DNA of 5,682 nucleotides from the IMG/VR virus record IMGVR_UViG_3300045988_008026, positions 1 through 5,682 of that record, one strand, 5' to 3'. The position numbers and the translations under genes are program-made. The notes below the pieces were generated by a model. It made no database searches and was not told the DNA's origin. It saw nothing but the letters and a program-made list of their open reading frames with translations. Of this stretch, positions 1-5,347 are shown piece after piece. How positions within the stretch are numbered: position 1 is the first letter of the stretch; the number at the start of each line of letters is the position of its first letter. Source of the DNA: a virus.

Positions 1-119
1 GTTTTTTTTTTTTTTGGTAAAATTGACATGGAGAGCCGGCGCCAGAAAACGAAAGGAGAAAGCACTGCCTCCGGCGCCGGTGATCTGTGCTTCAACCATT
101 TATACAAATATGGAAAGAA
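1..119. repeat. Terminal direct repeat, copy 1. This is the assembly overlap of a circular genome with a 5,563-nt unit.
   Basis: Base-by-base comparison shows 1..119 (G, T14, GGTAAAATTGACATGGAGAGCC...ATATGGAAAGAA) identical to 5564..5682, an offset of 5563. The window ends inside the repeat. Confidence 0.92.
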
Positions 120-132
120 AAGAGGTGTTGTC

Positions 133-240
133 ATGATCACTTTGAAAGACGTAAAGGGTATCTTTAACCAGCTGCGCAAAATCCTTGCCATGCTGGATAA
201 GATTTACCACGCTCTGAATCTGGATAAGGAGGAAAAGTAA
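133..240 (+). CDS. Hypothetical 35-aa small protein (MITLKDVKGIFNQLRKILAMLDKIYHALNLDKEEK), predicted amphipathic helix. This is the internal-start version of track ORF 28..240.
   Basis: ATG at 133 follows the SD-like GAGGTG (122..127). The stop TAA (238..240) overlaps the next ATG as TAATG, which suggests translational coupling. The upstream part of the track ORF (28..132) lies in GC-palindrome-rich leader and has no RBS. Confidence 0.35.
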   Translation: MITLKDVKGIFNQLRKILAMLDKIYHALNLDKEEK

Positions 241-359
241 TGGCACACAGAATGACGGTCAACCCGAAAAAGGACAAAAAAGTGTTCACGAACACCGCGA
301 AGAAAACGAAGAAGATCAACGTCAACCCGAAGCCGTCGCGCGGCGGCATCCGACTGTAA
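240..359 (+). CDS. Small, highly basic DNA-binding/packaging protein (phiX174 J-like or gokushovirus ORF8-like), 39 aa: MAHRMTVNPKKDKKVFTNTAKKTKKINVNPKPSRGGIRL
   Basis: Hand translation from ATG 240 to TAA 357..359. A strong SD, AAGGAGG (226..232), lies 7 nt upstream. The protein has 9 Lys and 3 Arg against 1 Asp. It sits at the head of the VP5-VP3-VP1 module. It is absent from the ORF track only because it is short. Confidence 0.6.
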   Translation: MAHRMTVNPKKDKKVFTNTAKKTKKINVNPKPSRGGIRL

Positions 360-371
360 AGGAGCAGCACT

Positions 372-635
372 ATGGAATTTCAGGTCTACGCAATCAAGGA
401 CGAACTTGCCGGAACTTTCGGGAATTTGATGGTGGTCAACGAAAAGGTAACCGAACGAACCTTCAGATGGATAGCACAGGAGATGGAAAAGGCAGACTGC
501 GAGGATAAGCGAGTTTACCTCCTGGGAAGCTACGACAACGAAACCGGACTGATCAGACCGGAGCAGCTGCCGCGTCTGATCTACAATCTCGAGCTGATGA
601 AAAAGGAGCAAACGAATGGGAGCCAGAATCTTTAA
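372..635 (+). CDS. VP5: Gokushovirus VP5-like nonstructural protein (functional analogue of phiX174 gpC), 87 aa
   Basis: SD AAGGAG (359..364) precedes ATG 372. The N-terminal pattern MEFQVYAIKDELAGTF...VVNEKVTERTFRW...YLLGSYDNETGLI matches the remembered VP5 signature (x-V-Y-x-x-x-D-x-x-A..F..., A.R.F, L.LG.FD...G). Its position just upstream of VP3 is typical. Confidence 0.75.
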   Translation: MEFQVYAIKDELAGTFGNLMVVNEKVTERTFRWIAQEMEKADCEDKRVYLLGSYDNETGLIRPEQLPRLIYNLELMKKEQTNGSQNL

Positions 636-1113
636 GCCCTACGAAGACGAAAAACCGCCTGCACTGCCGAACGAACCGGGAAACCAGTATGAACCGGAGT
701 ACAAAGAGCGCTATGATGACCGCGGTCAGCCATACCTTGAGAAGGTCGGCGAGGTAGACACCTACGAAAAAATCCAGAGCTACAAGGACGAATGCGACGT
801 CATGGCAATCCTGAGCCGGTACGCTGCGGGAGACGAGAGCGTACTAGCAAAACCGGGCTGGTACATCGACACCAGCAAGCTGCCGAAAACCTACACGGAG
901 TACATGAACCTGATGAACGAGAAGCGAGAAGAATTTAACCAGCTGCCGCTCTCCATCCGTCAGGCGTTCGGGATGAACTTCGAAAGCTGGATGGCAACGG
1001 CGGGTGAAAAAGAGTGGCTGGACAAAATGGGCATCAAAATTCAACAAAATGCACAAGAAAAGGAAGCTGCAGCAACCGAAACCATTGTGCAGGAAGGAGA
1101 AAATAAAGAATGA
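616..1113 (+). CDS. VP3: Internal scaffolding protein VP3, 165 aa
   Basis: SD AAGGAG (602..607) precedes ATG 616. The ORF overlaps the end of VP5 by 20 nt, and its stop overlaps the VP1 start as ATGA (1110..1113). It is acidic and carries the YEKIQSYKDECDVMAILSRYAAGD block typical of gokushovirus VP3. Gene order VP5-VP3-VP1 is conserved. Confidence 0.8.
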   Translation: MGARIFKPYEDEKPPALPNEPGNQYEPEYKERYDDRGQPYLEKVGEVDTYEKIQSYKDECDVMAILSRYAAGDESVLAKPGWYIDTSKLPKTYTEYMNLMNEKREEFNQLPLSIRQAFGMNFESWMATAGEKEWLDKMGIKIQQNAQEKEAAATETIVQEGENKE

Positions 1114-2741
1114 ACCGCAATGCTGAACAACACTATTCTCAGGTGCCTCATGCAAATGTTGCGCGCGCACGTTTCAAGCGGGACTATTCTCTGCTCACCA
1201 CAATAAACGAAGGCGATCTCGTCCCGATCTACTGTGACGAGATGTTGCCGGCCGATACGGCGAAGATCGACCTTAACGCTCTGATGCGTATGAGCACTCC
1301 GCTGTATCCTGTTATGGATAACTGTTATTGTGACTTTTACTTCTTCTTCGTACCATCGCGGCTGCTCTGGGAGCACTTCGAAAACCTGATGGGGCAAAAC
1401 GACTCTACTTTCTGGGCAGAGCCCACGGAGTACACGACTCCGAAAACGACTGCACCGTCTGGCGGCTGGAACGTGGGAACACTGGCAGACTACTTCGGCA
1501 TTCCGACCGGCGTAGCAAACCTTCATGTCAACTCGCTGCCGTTCCGAGCATATGCCAAAATCTGGAACGAATGGTTCCGGGACGAAAATTTGCAGCAGCC
1601 TGTCACGATGAGCAAGACGGATGCAACGACCGAAGGAAGCAACACCGGCACGAACCTCACAGACGCGGAAGCGGGCGGTCTGCCGCTGAAAGTCTGTAAA
1701 TACAAGGACTACTTCACCAGCTGCCTACCGAGTCCGCAGAAAGGACAGGCGGTCACGCTGCCGATGAACGCAAATGCAAAGCTCAGAGTATTCAAAGATC
1801 AGGAACTTACGCAAGTAATCGACGGAACCGGAGCAAAATGGAAAGACATATGGACATGGAACAACGAACCGGAAGGAATAACCAACAAGAAAAACGGAAC
1901 GCAAATCACTTTAACACAAGTAGGTTCTGGATTAGGAACAGAAACGGATGGATGGATAGGAACAGACCTAAGCGACGTAGCAGCCACGACAATCAATGAA
2001 CTCCGTCAAGCGATCGCAGTGCAACACATCCTGGAACGCGATGCCAGAACCGGCACCAGGTACAAAGAATACCTTCAGGGAGCATGGGGGGTAACGAGTC
2101 CCGATGCACGTCTTGACCGGTCGGAGTACATCGGCGGCTACAGACTGCCTATCAACATCAATCAGGTCATCCAGACGTCGGCGACCGACACGACGAGTCC
2201 GCAGGGCAACACAGCAGCGTTCTCCATGACCACGATGAGCCAGAACATGGCTACCTACTCGGCAACAGAACATGGCTTTATCCTCGGTCTGGCAGCTGTG
2301 CGAGTTGACCACAGCTATCAGCAGGGACTGTCTCGTATGTGGACGCGCAGCACACGCTTTTCCTATTATGATCCGATGCTCGCAAACCTGGGCGAGCAAG
2401 CTGTGCTCAACCAGGAAATCTATGCACAGGGTAAGGCAGTGGACGAAGAGGTCTTTGGCTATCAGGAAGCCTGGGCCGATTACAGATACCGCACCAACAT
2501 GATCACCGGCGAAATGCGCAGCAACTACGCACAAACCTTGGACGCGTGGCACTATGCAGACAAATACACGGAGCTGCCGAAGCTCTCCAGCGACTGGATT
2601 AAAGAGGGCAGGCAGAACATCGACCGCACGATCGCGGTAGAAAGCCAAAACAGCCGTCAATTTATCTGCAACTTCTACTTCGACCAGACCTGGACGCGAG
2701 CCATGCCGATCTACAGCCTGCCGGGCCTCGATACGATCTAA
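1110..2741 (+). CDS. VP1: Major capsid protein VP1 (Microviridae F-type capsid), 543 aa
   Basis: SD GGAAGGAGA (1092..1100) precedes the start. Hallmark blocks are present: DLVPIYCDEMLPADT, TPLYPVMDN...DFYFFFVPSRLLW, LPFRAYAKIWNEWFRDENLQ, INELRQAIAVQHILERDARTGTRYKEYLQGAWGV.SPDARLDRSEYIGG. Confidence 0.97.
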   Translation: MNRNAEQHYSQVPHANVARARFKRDYSLLTTINEGDLVPIYCDEMLPADTAKIDLNALMRMSTPLYPVMDNCYCDFYFFFVPSRLLWEHFENLMGQNDSTFWAEPTEYTTPKTTAPSGGWNVGTLADYFGIPTGVANLHVNSLPFRAYAKIWNEWFRDENLQQPVTMSKTDATTEGSNTGTNLTDAEAGGLPLKVCKYKDYFTSCLPSPQKGQAVTLPMNANAKLRVFKDQELTQVIDGTGAKWKDIWTWNNEPEGITNKKNGTQITLTQVGSGLGTETDGWIGTDLSDVAATTINELRQAIAVQHILERDARTGTRYKEYLQGAWGVTSPDARLDRSEYIGGYRLPININQVIQTSATDTTSPQGNTAAFSMTTMSQNMATYSATEHGFILGLAAVRVDHSYQQGLSRMWTRSTRFSYYDPMLANLGEQAVLNQEIYAQGKAVDEEVFGYQEAWADYRYRTNMITGEMRSNYAQTLDAWHYADKYTELPKLSSDWIKEGRQNIDRTIAVESQNSRQFICNFYFDQTWTRAMPIYSLPGLDTI

Positions 2742-2753
2742 GGGGGTGCAGCA

Positions 2754-3683
2754 ATGTCACTCACCTTAATGGGTCTGATCAAAGGCGGTCTGACACTGGC
2801 AAGCACGTTATCCAGCATCTACAGCAGCATCAAAGGCAGCACTTCGAGCGCACGACAGCAAGGCACTATGCAAAACAGCGTCCAGAGCGGCACGACAACG
2901 GGGACGACCGCACAGGATACTACAAGCACAGGCGGCAGCACTCAGACCGGCAACACCGGAGCACTGGGAAATCTGTTGTCAACAGCAATCGGCACACCGA
3001 CCGGGAACAACGCCGGAGCAGCCGCAGACTTTAACGCCGGACAAGTGCAGACAGCCAACAATCTGCAAAACGGTATGTGGAGCCTGGGCAACGTCATCAA
3101 CCTGGGCAGTATGCTGGCATCCAACGCGATGAGTGCAGCAAGCCAAAGCAGCGCAATGAGGTACAACTCGAAAGAGGCAAAAGCTCAAAGAGACTGGCAA
3201 GAGCGTATGAGCAGCACCAGCTATCAGAGAGGGGTAAAAGACCTCAAAGCAGCAGGGCTCAATCCGGTACTGGCAGCATACAACGGCTTCGGAGCACAGA
3301 CGCCGTCGGGCGGTTACGGCAGTCTGGGCGGGGGTCAGACCTTCGGTCATACTCAGGCAATGGCAATACCGACAGCAAAAAATGCGACCATGCAAGCCAT
3401 GTACGATTATGGCAACAACACAGCCCAAATCGTGGAAAACTATCAAAACGCCATCAACAGCGCAAAGCAATCATCGGACTACTGGACAGCCGAACACCTT
3501 GAGCAGATGCAGCAGCAGACCGTAAGCAGCAGCGCTCAGACAGTGGGTCAGCTGGCCGAAGCGGGTAGGAGCAGCAACGCTCAGACCTCGAGCACCAGAG
3601 AGACCAGCGACAGCAAACAGACCAACGTAGCCGGTGAACTGTCCGGTGAATGGACAAACAAAAAAGACAATCGCAGAAGATAG
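2754..3683 (+). CDS. VP2: Minor capsid / DNA pilot protein VP2, 309 aa
   Basis: SD AGGGGG (2741..2746) precedes ATG 2754. The N-terminus is hydrophobic (MSLTLMGLIKGGLTLASTL), followed by a long S/T/G/Q/A-rich low-complexity region. The conserved pilot-protein block ERMSSTSYQRGVKDLKAAGLNPVLAAY is present. The gene lies immediately after VP1. Confidence 0.85.
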   Translation: MSLTLMGLIKGGLTLASTLSSIYSSIKGSTSSARQQGTMQNSVQSGTTTGTTAQDTTSTGGSTQTGNTGALGNLLSTAIGTPTGNNAGAAADFNAGQVQTANNLQNGMWSLGNVINLGSMLASNAMSAASQSSAMRYNSKEAKAQRDWQERMSSTSYQRGVKDLKAAGLNPVLAAYNGFGAQTPSGGYGSLGGGQTFGHTQAMAIPTAKNATMQAMYDYGNNTAQIVENYQNAINSAKQSSDYWTAEHLEQMQQQTVSSSAQTVGQLAEAGRSSNAQTSSTRETSDSKQTNVAGELSGEWTNKKDNRRR

Positions 3684-3712
3684 TTGACAAAAACAGAAAA
3701 GAGGTGTATATT
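3684..3712 (+). promoter_or_regulatory. Sigma70-type promoter: TTGACA (3684..3689), 17-nt spacer, TATATT (3707..3712)
   Basis: The -35 matches 6/6. The -10 matches 5/6, keeping A2 and T6. Spacing is the optimal 17 nt. It starts 1 nt after the VP2 stop and about 40 nt upstream of the RHH ORF. Confidence 0.55.
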
Positions 3713-3753
3713 ATGAGTGTACCAATCGCACACTTAGCTACAGGAGGCTAACC

Positions 3754-3966
3754 ATGAGAACACAGATCACAAAACGATTCAACGTCAATCTGACTAAGGC
3801 CGAAGAAGACGCACTCAAAAACCTGACAGAAGAGTATGCAAACCGAAACTGGAAAGCAAACACATCTGACATCATCCGGGACGCGATAGTATACTACAGC
3901 GAAAAGATGACGGACTATAAAATAGAACCAGAAATAATCAGCGAAGAGGAAGACTTGCCCTTCTAA
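3754..3966 (+). CDS. Ribbon-helix-helix (CopG/Arc/MetJ-like) DNA-binding protein, 70 aa, with an acidic C-terminal tail
   Basis: A perfect SD, AGGAGG (3742..3747), lies 6 nt before ATG 3754. The sequence fits the RHH layout: beta strand KRFNVNLT, helix A KAEEDALKNLTEEY, loop, helix B SDIIRDAIVYYSEK, then the tail EPEIISEEEDLPF. Fold is assigned by pattern only. Confidence 0.7.
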   Translation: MRTQITKRFNVNLTKAEEDALKNLTEEYANRNWKANTSDIIRDAIVYYSEKMTDYKIEPEIISEEEDLPF

Positions 3967-3972
3967 GAAACG

Positions 3973-3998
3973 ATTTTGCCGGGGAGACCCGGCCAAAT
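3973..3998 (+). other. GC-rich hairpin with a GAGA tetraloop, 12 nt after the RHH stop codon
   Basis: GCCGGG (3978..3983) pairs with CCCGGC (3988..3993) around loop GAGA. Flanking ATTTT/AAAT can extend the stem if one C is bulged. No U-run follows directly, so it is not a classical terminator. Confidence 0.4.
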
Positions 3999-4046
3999 CT
4001 GCAACATTTATCCATAGGTTTTTTTGAGAAAGAACTAAATTTTGTG

Positions 4047-4091
4047 TCAATGGGCCCCTATAACATCAAGAGGGTTATAGGGGCCCATTGA
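4047..4091. repeat. Perfect 18-bp inverted repeat with a 9-nt loop (ATCAAGAGG), in the RHH-Rep intergenic region
   Basis: TCAATGGGCCCCTATAAC (4047..4064) is the exact reverse complement of GTTATAGGGGCCCATTGA (4074..4091), verified base by base. It ends 21 nt before the Rep ATG. Confidence 0.95.
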
Positions 4092-4112
4092 GGAAAGGCG
4101 CAGCGAAACTAT

Positions 4113-5264
4113 ATGTCATGCACGAGACCGCTCGTCAGAATACCGACAAGCGACGGAGATTTCCGCGTAGTAAGCCTGAAAGGATACTTAAACCACAGCG
4201 GAAAGAACCTGGAATTTATCGCGGATAAAGAGCGTCAAGATCTAAACGAGAAAAAAATCAAAGAGCTGCTGAAAGCTCAAGAAGCGCAGCTGCTACCGTG
4301 CGGACAATGTCCGGGATGCAAAATGGCAGCAGCATCCAGCTGGGCAAACCGTATGGAGCTAGAGCTGCCATACCATCAAAACGCATGGTTCATCACGTTT
4401 ACATACGATGACGATAATGTGCCATACCGGATGACATGGGACGAAGGGACCGGCGAAGTACTAGTAGAAAATTACAGCCTACGGTATGAGGATATGCAAA
4501 AGTTCTGGAAACGCCTGAGAAGGTACATGGATTATCACAAGTTGTCAAGGTATGAAACCATCATCGACGAAGACGGAAACGAAACAAGGGTATGCACAAC
4601 AAAATACTTCCAATGTGGTGAATACGGCGGAAAAACACACAGACCACATTATCATGCAATAGTTTACGATATACCGTTCAAAAAAGACGAGTTGAAGATC
4701 TACAAAAAGAAAAACGGCGCTGTATACTACAACGTCGATTGGTTTACCGAACTATGGGGTATGGGCCATGTGGTCATCGCGGCAGCGGAGTGGAAAGCGA
4801 TGGCATACACAGCAAGATACACTACGAAAAAGGTCTACGGAAAGGAAGGAAAAGAATTTTACAAAGAACTGGGAATTTTGCCTGAAAAGTGCAACATGAG
4901 CAAAAGACCAGCAATCGGAGCAAAATATTTTAAAGAACATAGCGCAGAAATCTACAAAAAAGACAAAATACAGCTGAAGAACGGAAAAGTCTGCAAACCT
5001 CCAAGATACTTTGATAAACTATACGATGCACAGTGTCTAAGAAAACCACTCACAGAAAAAGAAGTGGAAGACATTGAGCTAGTAATAGAAAAAGCCGAGT
5101 CCGATGAACTCAAAGCGATAAAAAGAAAACGTCGTAAATTGGCAAACGACGCACTCTTCGCCAAGCTCAAACAGAACAACGGCTTAACCATGCAAGAGTA
5201 TTATAGCAAGGAAGAGCAGAAAATGCAAGACAGGTTTAGGAAGCTGATCCGGGAAGAAATCTAA
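4113..5264 (+). CDS. VP4: Replication initiation protein VP4 (HUH rolling-circle endonuclease), 383 aa
   Basis: Motifs present: Cys cluster LPCGQCPGCK, motif I FITFTYDD, HUH motif II RPHYHAIVY, and catalytic Tyr motif III AYTARYTTKKVY. No good SD lies within 5-10 nt of the ATG. The nearest, GAGGAAAGG (4090..4098), lies 14 nt upstream of the ATG. Confidence 0.95.
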   Translation: MSCTRPLVRIPTSDGDFRVVSLKGYLNHSGKNLEFIADKERQDLNEKKIKELLKAQEAQLLPCGQCPGCKMAAASSWANRMELELPYHQNAWFITFTYDDDNVPYRMTWDEGTGEVLVENYSLRYEDMQKFWKRLRRYMDYHKLSRYETIIDEDGNETRVCTTKYFQCGEYGGKTHRPHYHAIVYDIPFKKDELKIYKKKNGAVYYNVDWFTELWGMGHVVIAAAEWKAMAYTARYTTKKVYGKEGKEFYKELGILPEKCNMSKRPAIGAKYFKEHSAEIYKKDKIQLKNGKVCKPPRYFDKLYDAQCLRKPLTEKEVEDIELVIEKAESDELKAIKRKRRKLANDALFAKLKQNNGLTMQEYYSKEEQKMQDRFRKLIREEI

Positions 5265-5287
5265 AGAACGGCTAAATAAGGGAATGC

Positions 5288-5326
5288 AGACGGCGTGGCT
5301 ACGAGAAGCTACGCCGTCTTCTTCGT
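5288..5326 (+). other. Stem-loop about 25 nt after the Rep stop, followed by a pyrimidine-rich tail. Possibly a weak terminator or attenuator.
   Basis: AGACGGCGT (5288..5296) pairs with ACGCCGTCT (5311..5319). The stem extends by GGCT/AGCT (one G-U pair) around loop ACGAGA, followed by TCTTCGT. Confidence 0.35.
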
Positions 5327-5328
5327 AC

Positions 5329-5347
5329 GGCCCGGGGCGGCCGGGCC
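5329..5347 (+). other. Short all-GC hairpin
   Basis: GGCCCGG (5329..5335) pairs with CCGGGCC (5341..5347) around loop GGCGG. Confidence 0.4.

Noticed and set aside
23-28. TTGACA hexamer just after the T14 tract as a -35 element for the structural operon
   Set aside because: No acceptable -10 lies 16-18 nt downstream; bases 46..51 read AAAACG. I could not support any promoter call in 16..132, so the promoter for the structural genes remains unidentified.
28-132. N-terminal extension of track ORF 28..240 (MESRRQKTKGESTASGAGDLCFNHLYKYGKKRGVV)
   Set aside because: There is no SD before ATG 28, which itself overlaps a TTGACA hexamer. The stretch runs through GC palindromes and the leader right after the terminator. 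The in-frame ATG at 133 has a GAGGTG SD, so the short version is preferred.
2272-2502. 76-aa + strand ORF inside VP1 in another frame
   Set aside because: It has no RBS, lies wholly within a highly conserved part of the capsid gene, and has a Cys/Arg/Ser-rich off-frame composition.
1968-2660. 230-aa minus-strand ORF, together with other minus-strand ORFs (204..611, 844..1170, 1041..1526, 2979..3470, 3454..3690, 3748..4050, 4752..5191)
   Set aside because: All are antisense to confidently identified genes. Microviridae express genes from one strand only, the sense of the packaged DNA. The translations are Cys/Arg/Val-rich antisense-type sequences with no SD motifs.
3077-3502. 141-aa very basic ORF overprinted in an alternative frame of VP2
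   Set aside because: It begins with GTG, has no SD and contains no internal ATG. VP2 here is built from GCA/CAG/AGC-type codons that rarely generate stops when frame-shifted. The open frame is therefore a compositional by-product, even though microviruses are known for overprinting.
3713-3751. 12-aa upstream ORF (MSVPIAHLATGG) with a GAGGTG SD, stopping 2 nt before the RHH start
   Set aside because: It is too short to support as a gene, and its ATG lies upstream of the TSS predicted from the 3684 promoter. It is kept in mind only as a possible leader peptide on read-through transcripts; see the AGGTGT box finding.
3978-3993. GC hairpin after the RHH gene as an intrinsic terminator
   Set aside because: No U-run follows the stem directly; the next T7 run is about 25 nt away at 4019..4025. 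It is recorded as a structure only.
4065-4073. Hairpin loop ATCAAG as the reverse complement of the phiX174 origin core CTTGAT
   Set aside because: The match is only 6 nt and lies on the wrong strand, since the viral strand should carry the nick motif. I found no CTTGAT on the + strand by eye. It is treated as coincidence.
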